From a virus, in the IMG/VR virus record IMGVR_UViG_3300013099_000017, positions 64,001 through 128,000 of that record: 64,000 bases of DNA, one strand, 5' to 3'. Within the stretch, counting starts at the first letter, position 1, and each line of letters opens with the position of its first letter. Below the pieces are notes generated by a model, which saw only the letters and a program-made list of their open reading frames with translations, was not told the DNA's origin and searched no databases. Below are positions 21,259 to 31,287 of the stretch, piece after piece. The translations under genes were made by a program, and so were the position numbers.

Positions 21259-22395
21259 ATGAGACAATTTCCAACTTTATATAAATTTGATACAAAAGGA
21301 AAAGTTCGCAGATGGGATATTTATTCTGATGAAAATATTTTTGTAGTTGAACATGGTTTAGATGGAGGTAAAATTCAATCAAAACCAACAAAATGTAAAC
21401 CCAAAAATATTGGTAAAACAAACGAAACTACACCCGAAGAACAGGCTGAAAAAGAAGCTGTTGCAAGATGGGAAAAACAAATTCGTATAGAAGATTATGC
21501 CGAAAATATTAATGAAGCTGGGTTACAAAATAGACCAATGTTGGCACATGATTATCGAAAAGTACCACATCGAGTTAATTGGAATTATACTACATGTCAA
21601 TTTAAATTAGATGGTCTGCGTTTACTTGGTGGTTATCGTTGGGATGATTCAGCACTTGTTGAATTAATGAGCAGAAAGGGTGAGGTTTATCCTATACCAC
21701 ATTTTCAGCGTCCAGTAGAAGAATTACTTGAAATCATTATTGATGAAATTGGATATGATTGTCATGCTATTGATGGTGAAGCATATATTCATGGTATGAA
21801 ATTACAACATATTACAAGTTTAGCAAGAAAAAATAAACCAGAATCATTTGATTTAAAATATTACTTATTTGATTTGGTTATGTATCATACTGAATTTGGT
21901 GAACGTTTTGGTATTTTAGAAAAAGCATTAAAAATTTATTCAAACCGCAATAATGGTAGTGATCATCCATTTGTATTAGTTGAAGTAACATCATGTGAAA
22001 ATGAAGATCAAATGAAAACTTTTCATGGTCAGGCAATTGAAAAGGGATATGAGGGTGCTATGATCCGTCATATAAACGGCAAATATAAAAAGGGACGTTC
22101 TGCCGATTTATTCAAGTATAAAGAATTTTTTGATGTTGAATGTAAAATCATTGGAATGAAATCAGATAATAATGATAATGCCATGTTTGTTGTCATTGCT
22201 CCCAATGGTGTGGAACTTGATGTAACACCAAAACGTACACACAAAGAACGTAAAGAAATGTTAAAACATCCTGATGATTATATCGGAAAATGGCTTACTG
22301 TTAAATATCAGGCATTAACTGAATCCGGTAATTTACAATTTCCAATTGGTTTAGATTTACGTGAATGTGGTGATGATGGTAAACCAATTATATGA
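21259..22395 (+). CDS. gp30: ATP-dependent DNA ligase
   Basis: QFKLDGLR, DGEAY, YYLFD, EGAMIR, LFKYK motifs; OB domain with VKYQ. Confidence 0.93.
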   Translation: MRQFPTLYKFDTKGKVRRWDIYSDENIFVVEHGLDGGKIQSKPTKCKPKNIGKTNETTPEEQAEKEAVARWEKQIRIEDYAENINEAGLQNRPMLAHDYRKVPHRVNWNYTTCQFKLDGLRLLGGYRWDDSALVELMSRKGEVYPIPHFQRPVEELLEIIIDEIGYDCHAIDGEAYIHGMKLQHITSLARKNKPESFDLKYYLFDLVMYHTEFGERFGILEKALKIYSNRNNGSDHPFVLVEVTSCENEDQMKTFHGQAIEKGYEGAMIRHINGKYKKGRSADLFKYKEFFDVECKIIGMKSDNNDNAMFVVIAPNGVELDVTPKRTHKERKEMLKHPDDYIGKWLTVKYQALTESGNLQFPIGLDLRECGDDGKPII

Positions 22396-23165
22396 ATAAA
22401 TTGAGGGAAAATCAGGGGGGATATTTCATAACACGAAAATCCCCGTTTATTGAAGGTGTTGAATTTAAGAAAAAAGCTATTGAAGTTGTATTTAATTTTG
22501 CTTATGCTATGACATTTGGAGAAGGTGAACATCGAGATCATAGAACTGGTGGAAGTTATAATAGAAAAAAAGGTCAAATTTTCATTAATGCTTTCCAAGG
22601 TAAATTAGCCGAAATAGCTATATTTGATGTATTCAATAAAATAAATAAGGAAGCATATAATAAATTATCTAAGATAGATTTTGATATTTATGGTTTGGGT
22701 GAATGGGATGATAGTGATATAGTTTTGGGAAAATTGAAATTTTCGATTAAATCTACAAAACATTATGGAAATTTATTATTACTTGAAACGAAAGATTGGA
22801 ATAATGCAGGGGAATATCTTCCAAATAAAAATACAGATAAAACTTGCATATATGATTATTTTGTATTAGTTAGAATTAAGCCTGATGGTGAAAAAGTAAT
22901 GAAGGAAAATAGATTACTATATTCTAATGATTATATTGAGAAGGATCATTTGTTTTCATTAATATATCAAGAACAATGGTTTTATGATATTGCAGGATAC
23001 ATAACCAATAATAACTTTAAATATATAATCGAAAATGATTTTGTTCTACCAAAGGGGGGATTACTTAATGGTAAGATACCTATGGATGCCGAAAACTATT
23101 ATGTTCAAAGTGGCGATTTAAATGATTTTCAGCGATTAGTTGGTCGATTTAAAAATACTAATTAA
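22392..23165 (+). CDS. Putative PD-(D/E)xK nuclease-like protein
   Basis: GKLAE...D..D...FSIKSTK pattern; inference only. Confidence 0.45.
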   Translation: MNKLRENQGGYFITRKSPFIEGVEFKKKAIEVVFNFAYAMTFGEGEHRDHRTGGSYNRKKGQIFINAFQGKLAEIAIFDVFNKINKEAYNKLSKIDFDIYGLGEWDDSDIVLGKLKFSIKSTKHYGNLLLLETKDWNNAGEYLPNKNTDKTCIYDYFVLVRIKPDGEKVMKENRLLYSNDYIEKDHLFSLIYQEQWFYDIAGYITNNNFKYIIENDFVLPKGGLLNGKIPMDAENYYVQSGDLNDFQRLVGRFKNTN

Positions 23166-23183
23166 CTACTTGATTTAAAACGC

Positions 23184-23347
23184 TATTCTTATTAAATGAC
23201 GTTTAAATGACCATTTAATAAGAATATCCATCCTACCACACCAATTCACATATTAAAACGTCATTTAAACGTCAAATAAAAGCAACTTTTCCTTATAAAT
23301 CAACAACTTATCCCATAATAAGAAAATCCTTATAAATCAATGACTTA
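23184..23347. repeat. Overlapping 15-bp inverted repeats plus a direct repeat in a non-coding gap
   Basis: TATTCTTATTAAATG/CATTTAATAAGAATA (23184/23212); TGACGTTTAAATGAC/GTCATTTAAACGTCA (23197/23260); CCTTATAAATCAA x2 (23291, 23328). Confidence 0.85.
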
Positions 23348-23447
23348 GAAAAAGCCTTGGTATTGTTGGAAACTCATATAAACACTGAAAAATATTCATA
23401 TTAAGTATGAATATTATGCATATTAAAAAAATAATGCTTGACAGGGG

Positions 23448-23475
23448 TTGACAAGATTTCAACTAGTGGTATAAT
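23448..23475 (+). promoter_or_regulatory. Consensus sigma70 promoter
   Basis: TTGACA-N16-TATAAT with TG extension. Confidence 0.8.
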
Positions 23476-23585
23476 TCCACTGTTAATAATGAATGTTAGG
23501 GATCTATAATATATTATGTAGAAGAAAAAGGTTTGCCTTTGGCAATGCCGTAGGCAGTTAATTAATGAATAATAAGGAATAAATA

Positions 23586-23903
23586 ATGAATTTAAAGTTT
23601 GATAAAGAACATTGGTTAAAAGATAAAGAGTATTTTAACAAAAATGATGGTGTTGATCTTGATGTTGAATTAATGGATAAGTATAAATATTATTTTTTTG
23701 GTTTTATAGATTCTCCTGTTGATATATATGAGAATGTTGTTATTGAAGCCAAATCAAATAATTTTCATAATGAAGATAAATTAAGATTATATCTTGATTC
23801 ATATCGTGGTACTTGTAAAAAATTGATATTGTATTGTATTTTACGAAATAATAATGATATGTTAAGATTAAGATATGTAATAATTCCGGAGGATGTTGAA
23901 TAA
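23586..23903 (+). CDS. Hypothetical protein, tandem paralog A
   Basis: FDKEHWL.DKE...LDVELMDKYK.YFFGF shared with next ORF. Confidence 0.75.
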   Translation: MNLKFDKEHWLKDKEYFNKNDGVDLDVELMDKYKYYFFGFIDSPVDIYENVVIEAKSNNFHNEDKLRLYLDSYRGTCKKLILYCILRNNNDMLRLRYVIIPEDVE

Positions 23904-24208
23904 TGCAATTAATATTTGATAAAGAACATTGGTTAAGGGATAAAGAAGAATTCCAAAATGATCTTGATGAACTTGATGTTGAATTGATGGATAAGTATAA
24001 AGACTATTTTTTTGGTTTTATGGAATGTCCGGTTGATTCATATTATGACAATCAGTTGATTATTGCTAAAATTACTGATTTATATGATGAAGATGAATTG
24101 AGATTATATCTTGACTCACATCGTGGAACTGGGACAAAATTGGTATTATATCAGATTTTACGCAATGAAAATGGTATGATACGATTAAGATCGGCAATGA
24201 TTTCATAA
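23903..24208 (+). CDS. Hypothetical protein, tandem paralog B
   Basis: Obvious duplicate of 23586-23903. Confidence 0.75.
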   Translation: MQLIFDKEHWLRDKEEFQNDLDELDVELMDKYKDYFFGFMECPVDSYYDNQLIIAKITDLYDEDELRLYLDSHRGTGTKLVLYQILRNENGMIRLRSAMIS

Positions 24209-24209
24209 T

Positions 24210-24255
24210 ATATCTCTTTTGGGATATATATATTTCATGAAAATTAAACGATAAT
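24210..24255 (+). promoter_or_regulatory. Palindrome-class promoter cassette, copy 7
   Basis: ATATCT-CTTTTG-GGATAT; GATAAT at 24250; TTTCCAAAAGGAAA RBS. Confidence 0.8.
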
Positions 24256-24500
24256 ACAAGCATAAGATAAATTTCCAAAAGGAAAATAGTTATGTCAATC
24301 ATTACATTAACAGCATTAGTTGAAGATAATGTACTCAATTTATATCCTGCAATATCAAAAGATGATAAGTGGTTTATTAGACATGATGGTGGTGCTAATG
24401 GTCAATTCACATTATTTGAAGTTTTAAGCAATGATGAAGTAGTAATAGTTGATTATTTTTCTACTGTTGATAAAGCAATTGAAGTAGGACAAAAACTATA

Positions 24501-24902
24501 ATGTTATCAATAGTTGATATTAAAGCAGGAAAAGCCATTTTTACCGTATCTAATGATAAGGGTGATCATTACACATATAAAGTGAGTAAAGCGGATAATG
24601 GTTCTGTTTGGTTTGTTTCAACATTGGTTGGAAGTGATAACGAGAATTCTTATTCTTATCTTGGTATAATTACTACTGCAAATATTTTCAGATTGACCAA
24701 AGGTTCAAAATTTGGTGAAGATTCAAAATCATATAAAATTTTTAAATGGGTATTTGATATTATCAAAGGTGTCAAATCATTACCAATTGGATATGATGTT
24801 AAACATGCAGGATGTTGTTTGAAATGTGGTAGAACTTTGACAACACCCGAAAGTATTGATAGTGGTTATGGTCCGGTTTGTCTTAAAAAGGTATATGGTT
24901 AA
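24501..24902 (+). CDS. Phage protein with a C-terminal Zn finger (DUF6011-like)
   Basis: CLKCGRTLTTPESI..GYGPVC. Confidence 0.7.
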   Translation: MLSIVDIKAGKAIFTVSNDKGDHYTYKVSKADNGSVWFVSTLVGSDNENSYSYLGIITTANIFRLTKGSKFGEDSKSYKIFKWVFDIIKGVKSLPIGYDVKHAGCCLKCGRTLTTPESIDSGYGPVCLKKVYG

Positions 24903-25421
24903 TTATGAAACAACTTGAATTTAAACCATATTTTGATGGTGGATTAAATTTAGTTGGTGATTATACCGTTGTTTGGTGTGGACGTTCAATTGTTCTTTTG
25001 GGTACATATGATGGTATTGAAAATATTGATACTAGAGAATATATTATTAACATTAATGATTTGACTTTATAGGTGAAAAATGTTTAAAATTGAAGTACAC
25101 ACCGTTGATGGAGAAACAACTTATACAGCGATAGCAATTGAAGAAGTTTATAATATTTATTATATTGATGGAACTTGGACTGCTATTGACAAAGATAATA
25201 AAATTGTTGATAAAGACAGGTATCGTTATGATTTATTTGATAGGTTGGAAATGTTATATGAAAAATAAAGAACCATGTATTGATTGTCCGGATAAAGAAG
25301 AAATTCTTAAATTATTAAATTCGGTTCATGATAAGGGTGTACCAAATTGGTCAACATCTGATCTTCAATTGGTTCGTGAAAATTTGAAGTTATTAACTTA
25401 TCTTTGGTTCAGGGTCGAATT

Positions 25422-26354
25422 ATGAATGTATTGGGATTGTTTTCTGGTATTGGTGGATTTGAATATGGATTACAAAATGTTGGATATAATATTAAGGCAT
25501 TATGTGAGATTGAACCATATCCAGTTTCAGTATTAAAGAAAAACTTTCCAACTATACCTATAATTAATGACGTTAGGGATATTGTTCATAATTCATTTAA
25601 AGATATTGATGTTATTGCTGGTGGATTTCCATGTACAGATATATCCAGAGCAGGAAAAATGAATGGTGGTATACGTGGTGAAAAATCTGGATTATGGTTT
25701 GAATTTAGGAGAATAATAAATGACATTAAACCAAAATATGCTATTATTGAAAACGTCAATTCAATACTTGGAAACGGAATTGAAACAGTCTTATCCAACC
25801 TTGCCGAAATCGGGTATGATGCGACTTGGACATCGTATGACACAAAATACTTTGGATTACCACAACGTAGAAGTAGAGTGTATATTATTGCCGTTCGTGA
25901 CGGAATCAAAGACGGAACCGAAATCTTCCAGTTTAAAGAACGTAGTACAGAACAACACAGATACAAAGTTCAATCTATCAAAAAGAGCTTTGAATGGGAT
26001 TATACGCAGGATGGAAGAATCGAAAATCCCTTTGCCTTTTTTACTAGACAAAGAAGTGATGAATTTGCTTGTACAGGATTAAGTTCTACTTTAATGAAGC
26101 GAGATTATAAAGATTTTACCGATATAATAGCCCAAAATGGACAATTAAGACGGGTTACACCAACTGAGCGTATGTTGTTGCAGGGGTTTCCAAAAGATTG
26201 GCTTATAAAGTCAACTAACACCAATATGTATTCATGCAATGGAATGAGTGTACCAGTTATTGAAGAAATTGGAAAACAATTATTTCAATATGATAAAAAA
26301 TATGGTATGATGTCATATGTTAAAGATATTAAACTACAAAGGAAATTGTTTTGA
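25422..26354 (+). CDS. C5-cytosine DNA methyltransferase family protein
   Basis: LFSGIGG (I), GGFPC (IV), ENV (VI), PQRRSRVY (VIII); motif X reads NGMSVPV. Confidence 0.92.
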   Translation: MNVLGLFSGIGGFEYGLQNVGYNIKALCEIEPYPVSVLKKNFPTIPIINDVRDIVHNSFKDIDVIAGGFPCTDISRAGKMNGGIRGEKSGLWFEFRRIINDIKPKYAIIENVNSILGNGIETVLSNLAEIGYDATWTSYDTKYFGLPQRRSRVYIIAVRDGIKDGTEIFQFKERSTEQHRYKVQSIKKSFEWDYTQDGRIENPFAFFTRQRSDEFACTGLSSTLMKRDYKDFTDIIAQNGQLRRVTPTERMLLQGFPKDWLIKSTNTNMYSCNGMSVPVIEEIGKQLFQYDKKYGMMSYVKDIKLQRKLF

Positions 26355-27010
26355 AAAAAGATACTTTTAAGTTTGAAGATATTGATAATTTTAATCGACA
26401 TATTGAATTGTCTATCCCAAATTACAAAGGATTAGTTGATATATTCACATCATTTGCTTATGAATTCACTACACATGATGGGGTATTAATTGATTTGGGG
26501 TGTAGTACAGGATCATTCTTGGAACAATTGCCAAAAATAAAAAGTGCTCAATATATTGGTGTTGATGAAGTTGAATTTGTAGATCAAATTAATGTTAATA
26601 ATGAATTTGATTATACTTTTATTAAAGGTGATATCTTGGATTGTTTAACTGAATATAATAATGATGATATTGATGTTATTGTATTAATGTTTACATTACA
26701 GTTTTTGGGTAATAAAAAACGTAAAAAAGTTGTTCAAGAATTAAAGAAATTTGTTGAACGTGGTACAACTGTATTAATATCGGAAAAAGTTTATTTAAAT
26801 GATAGTAAAGTTAATTCTATTTTACAAAGAAACCATAGAGCAATGAAGCGTCATAATTTTACTGATACTGAAATAGTAAATAAAGAATATCAATTGGCTG
26901 GCTCAATGTTTAATAAATCATATACTGACATTATAGAAGAATTGAATTTTATTGGAAATGTCAACCAAGTTTGGCAAAGTTATAATTTTATGGGATGGGT
27001 GATAAAATGA
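26351..27010 (+). CDS. CmoA-like SAM-dependent enzyme
   Basis: F..HI..SIPNY, DLGCSTG, FTLQFL, ISEK, EI..K match the layout of CmoA (carboxy-SAM synthase); TTGA overlap with the MTase. Confidence 0.75.
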   Translation: MKKDTFKFEDIDNFNRHIELSIPNYKGLVDIFTSFAYEFTTHDGVLIDLGCSTGSFLEQLPKIKSAQYIGVDEVEFVDQINVNNEFDYTFIKGDILDCLTEYNNDDIDVIVLMFTLQFLGNKKRKKVVQELKKFVERGTTVLISEKVYLNDSKVNSILQRNHRAMKRHNFTDTEIVNKEYQLAGSMFNKSYTDIIEELNFIGNVNQVWQSYNFMGWVIK

Positions 27011-27485
27011 TTGAATTAGATGAACCAAAATATAAACAAGCAATAAAAATGTTATATGATAATGGTATTATGTGTGAAGCTGTACGTGATGAAGAAAATG
27101 ATATAAAATTGGCAGTTGAAGGAGAATTTAATTTTTTTGATTATTATCCTTCAACAGGTAGATGGGTGCAACGATTGAGTCATGAATATTTGAGTACAGC
27201 CAGAGAAGGATTTAGTTTACTAAAATTAATTAATTATATAAAGGATCAATAATGCACGATAAAACACAAAGAGCTATGGATGCTTTGGAAATTAATCAGA
27301 TTGGGTTTGAAGTAAAAAATAATGGTATCCAGTTAATTGTAGAGGGGAATGATGGATTTATTGATTTTTACCCTACTACAGGAAATTGGAAATGTCGAAT
27401 TAATGATTCTGAAACTTATGATTCAGGAACCGGATTTAGTTTGAGAAATTTAATTGATCATATTTTGGGGGATCATCGTGGGTGA
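27007..27485 (+). other. Two small tandem paralogs (27007-27252, 27252-27485)
   Basis: Shared VEG....D(Y/F)YP(S/T)TG.W...GF(S)L..LI. Confidence 0.7.
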
Positions 27486-27724
27486 AATATCCGATAGTTA
27501 TTATTTACCAGTAAAAGAAGATTCCTTTATTACTTATGCTATTGCCAAAGAAGATGTGATGGAAGAATTTAGATATTTAACAAATATCTCTCAATATTCA
27601 CCATCACTCAAACGAGCTAATATATATAAATTAAATGAAGGATTATCTAAATTATTCCAATTAGAAAATCATGTTTTGTTGAAGTTGGAAACTAAGGTAA
27701 GTCGGGTTGACGTGGAGGTCAAAA

Positions 27725-27964
27725 ATGGCTAGAAAAGGTAAAAAACGTAGTATTGCAGTATTTGGTTGTACTCTTGATGATGGTTCATAATTGAATCACA
27801 CAGATTCTGAATTTGTTTCTGTTATTGTAAATCCTGATAAAACTGTAAGTGTAACTGATATTAACAACAATAGTACAATATTATTAGATATTAATGGTGA
27901 TCCGGTTAAATCCGAGAACAAATTAATTAACGATAATATTTTGCCATTTCTTTCAATTCTATAA
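27725..27964 (+). pseudogene. Small ORF with an in-frame TAA at 27788
   Basis: MARKGKKRS...DGS*LNHTDSEF...; frame stays open for about 57 more codons. Confidence 0.4.
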
Positions 27965-28238
27965 TAGAAAGATTATTTTTGGCACGATTGGCTTTAACTG
28001 ATAAAACTTGAATATTGTCTGGTTCATAACCAAGATCACTATCAATTCTATCTATTGAAGGTGAAAATTCATTATAACCCCTTGCATTATAATCAATAAT
28101 ATGGTTTAATAGTGGACACGTTAAAGGTAATGATAAATCATATAAATCGGTTAATGTGAGTGTAAATTTAATATTTCTTTTTTTAGCAGATGCTTTCAAA
28201 TGAGATAATAATTTTTTGTAGTTTAGTGTATGTATCAT
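27927..28238 (-). CDS. HNH-type homing endonuclease (start MIHTLNYKK)
   Basis: CPLL...SPSIDRID...GY..DNIQVLS..ANRAKN; TATAAATA on the - strand at 28250-28257. Confidence 0.8.
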   Translation of the reverse strand: MIHTLNYKKLLSHLKASAKKRNIKFTLTLTDLYDLSLPLTCPLLNHIIDYNARGYNEFSPSIDRIDSDLGYEPDNIQVLSVKANRAKNNLSIIELKEMAKYYR

Positions 28239-28444
28239 AATATTGTAATTATTTATAAGGTGAAATAAAATGAACGATTGTTTTAGATGTAAGCGGAAAC
28301 ACACAACATATTGTAATAGTTGTCGTAAAAATCCAAAATTGAAAGATAATTTCATTGAAAGTGATGAATATCATATTAATAAGTGGAGTTTGGAAGGAAA
28401 AGGTGCTAAGGTAATTGATGTCACTTATATGTAATTATTATTTT

Positions 28445-28452
28445 TATAAATA
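28445..28452 (+). promoter_or_regulatory. T4-type late promoter
   Basis: TATAAATA 27 nt upstream of ATG 28480. Confidence 0.7.
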
Positions 28453-28479
28453 GATAAAATAACTTTATAAGGTCAATTA

Positions 28480-29418
28480 ATGTTAAAATTCAAAAACTAT
28501 CTTGTTGAACAGGATTTATTAAATGAGAAACTATTATTAATTAATAGTGGTAAAAAATATGGACAGGTAGTTTTTCTTGCTGGTGGTGCTGGTTCTGGAA
28601 AGGGGTTTGCTGGAAATAATTTTATGAATATTCAGGATTTTAAAGTTCGGGATGTTGATGAAATGAAAAAAGCATATCTTACACTTAATAAATTGAGACA
28701 CAAATATCCTGAATTAGATGGACTTGATTTAAAAAAACCAGAAGATGTTTTTAAAATGCATGGTTTTATTAAGAAAAAAGGTACAGTTAAATCTACATTA
28801 GATAATATGCTTTCTGTTATTGTAAATCCAAACATTTTACCAAATATCGTATTTGATGTTACATTACAGTATGTTTCTAAAATTGATGATACCGTTCCAT
28901 TATTAATCAAAGCTGGATATAAACCCGAAAATATTCATATTATATGGGTGTTGACTGATTATGAAATTGCATTTAAAGCAAATTTGGAAAGGGATCGTAT
29001 TGTTCCTTATGGTAAAGATGGTACACCAAATATTATATTAGATACTCATGTTGGTGCAAGTAAAACAATGTGGAATATTGTTGGTAAAAATAATATTCCA
29101 AAATCAATTAATGGCGGTATTTATGTTATACTGAATAATCGTGATCAAACTATTGTATTTAAAGAAGGTGATAAAAAAGATTTCAGAACAGCAAAAGATG
29201 ATAAAGATGCACCAGCAAAAATAACAACAAGCCCTAGAAAATATGTTAGTAAAAGTAGTGAGAATTACAAAAAGAAAACTATCGTTGTTAAAGATTTCAC
29301 ATATTTAACATATAAAGAACCTGGGAAGGCTCCCAAAAAAGATAAAGAAATTTATAAACAGTTATTTGGATGGGTTAAAGCTAATATTCCAAAATCAGCA
29401 TTAAAATTCATTAATTGA
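28480..29418 (+). CDS. P-loop kinase (zeta-toxin/AAA_33-like) with an internal-protein-like N-terminus
   Basis: MLKFKNYLVE; FLAGGAGSGKG; DVDE; VFDVT; N..R.R.V. Confidence 0.7.
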   Translation: MLKFKNYLVEQDLLNEKLLLINSGKKYGQVVFLAGGAGSGKGFAGNNFMNIQDFKVRDVDEMKKAYLTLNKLRHKYPELDGLDLKKPEDVFKMHGFIKKKGTVKSTLDNMLSVIVNPNILPNIVFDVTLQYVSKIDDTVPLLIKAGYKPENIHIIWVLTDYEIAFKANLERDRIVPYGKDGTPNIILDTHVGASKTMWNIVGKNNIPKSINGGIYVILNNRDQTIVFKEGDKKDFRTAKDDKDAPAKITTSPRKYVSKSSENYKKKTIVVKDFTYLTYKEPGKAPKKDKEIYKQLFGWVKANIPKSALKFIN

Positions 29419-29424
29419 TGATAT

Positions 29425-29470
29425 ATATCCCATTGTGAGTATATACATTAACATTTAATAATGTGATAAT
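29425..29470 (+). promoter_or_regulatory. Palindrome-class promoter cassette, copy 8
   Basis: ATATCC-CATTGT-GAGTAT; TGT-GATAAT at 29465. Confidence 0.75.
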
Positions 29471-29722
29471 AATCCTGTAGTGAGAGATAGCGTTCCCATT
29501 TAAAGAAAAGGAGTCGATATGAGTTATTCAGTTGTTCATTCCGAAAGATATTTAGTTGATAAAAAAGAAACAGAATATTCTAGTCTGGAAAAAATCAAAG
29601 AACGTTATTCCGTTTATTGGAATTATGTTAAAGATGAAATTTCTGCTCTGAATGTTGGTGATAGTGTTGATGTTCATTATGATGATTATGTTTCTCTGAA
29701 TGTTAAAAAAGTTTCTTAACTC

Positions 29723-29816
29723 TTGATCTAGATCAAGGTAAATATCCTCTATCATTGATATACTATATTTGTGGTGAGGGAATTGTTCCCAAAATAGAAA
29801 AACTTCCAAAAGGAAA
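29723..29816 (+). promoter_or_regulatory. FNR-box promoter, copy B, with conserved leader
   Basis: TTGATCTAGATCAA, 22 nt, TGA-TATACT; leader GGGAA-TTG-TTCCC...CTTCCAAAAGGAAA. Confidence 0.75.
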
Positions 29817-29822
29817 TTCAAA

Positions 29823-30398
29823 ATGAAAGCAACACATAAAGGTACTTGTCAATGTTGTGGTGCAATGCAAAAACTTCCAAATGGCGTATTATCTAATCAT
29901 GGTTATACAGTTGATTGGGGTATGTTCAATGGCACTTGTCAAGGTGCAGGTCATAAGCCTTTTGAAAAATCAACAGATTTAATCGAAAGTTTCATAAATC
30001 AAGCCAAAGCTCAAATCGAAAATTTAAACAATGAAATCAGTGAAGTTTCTAATTCAACTGATGTTAAATCGGTTTGGTATCGTAAATATATTCCTGCAAC
30101 ATACAGCAAACAAGCACATTATGTTTGGGAAAAACGTGGTTTATTATTAGATAAAGTTTATTCTGAAAGATTTACTTCTTGGAAATGGGATAGTTTACCA
30201 ACTGATACCAAAGACGTTAATCGTGGTAAAACAGGTGTTGGTGATCATAAACCAAATCCCGATGATGCAGTTAAATTTGAAAATGAAAAATATACCGCAA
30301 TGTTAAGCAAAAAGGTTCAAGGTATTGAAGGTTATATCCAATGGCAAGAAGAACGTATTTCCGGTTGGACTGAGCAACCTTTACAGGAAATTAAATAA
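29823..30398 (+). CDS. Hypothetical early protein with an N-terminal Zn-binding motif
   Basis: GTCQCCG...HGY...C.G. Confidence 0.75.
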   Translation: MKATHKGTCQCCGAMQKLPNGVLSNHGYTVDWGMFNGTCQGAGHKPFEKSTDLIESFINQAKAQIENLNNEISEVSNSTDVKSVWYRKYIPATYSKQAHYVWEKRGLLLDKVYSERFTSWKWDSLPTDTKDVNRGKTGVGDHKPNPDDAVKFENEKYTAMLSKKVQGIEGYIQWQEERISGWTEQPLQEIK

Positions 30399-31185
30399 TG
30401 TTAAAACCTAGAATTGCTAAACTGAAAAAGGATACTCAATTAAAAATTAAACGATATGTAAATTTTCAAGAACAATATATTGGTGAAGTTGGGGATAAAT
30501 CTCCAACATATTTTTTATTCTTGAAACGCATGGAAAAACAATATCATAAAACCCTATCCACAATAAATAAACTTGGATCAAATTAAATGGATGATACATT
30601 AACAATATCGGAAAAGATAAAAGAAGCTCAATATTATTTTAATACTTATTCTGAAACTGTCCGACTATATGAAGAAATTCATGGAGTCGGTAATTATTCA
30701 CCTAAACTAACTGTATTATACACACTGGAATCATAAAATGGATATTGAAGAAATAAAAAAAGAACACAATTATATGTTGGATAGTTATTCAAAACAACTA
30801 AAAACATATCAAGATGAAAATGGATGTGATGATTATCCTGATTATATGATGTATACAATTAAATTGATAGAATTTTATCGTGGTACTTTGACTATATTAA
30901 ATCGAATTGAAAATGGTGTATTTAAATGAATATACAGAATATCTTGTTTACCGATTACAAATGGAAGAATATTATCGTGGTGTTTGGAACACATTAAATG
31001 AACTTAAACGGGGTGCATAATGAAAAAATATAAATTCTCTGTTATTTATTTCATCTATAATGAAGAAGATGAAATAAAAAAAGTTATTGATGTTATGTAT
31101 GGCTCAGGACATCAATCAGTTGTAGATGAAATCAAAAAACTGGAAAATTTTGTCACTATGGTTTATATTGGAGTAATTGAGTAAT

Positions 31186-31281
31186 ATATCCCATTGTAGG
31201 TATATATTTATCAATATAATTGTGAGATACTATACTTGTGGTGAGGGGATTTCCCCAATTAGATAAACTTCCAAAAGGAAA
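31186..31281 (+). promoter_or_regulatory. Palindrome-class promoter cassette, copy 9, with conserved leader
   Basis: ATATCC-CATTGT-AGGTAT; TGA-GATACT at 31226; GGGGATTTCCCC leader. Confidence 0.8.
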
Positions 31282-31287
31282 TAAATC

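Noticed and set aside
23291-23340. ATAAATCAA repeats as additional FNR boxes
   Set aside because: Only the ATCAA half-site is present; the TTGAT half is missing
20320-27790. Genome-wide TAA recoding (alternative genetic code)
   Set aside because: TAA terminates most genes, with TAATG coupling to the next start; only two isolated in-frame cases were found
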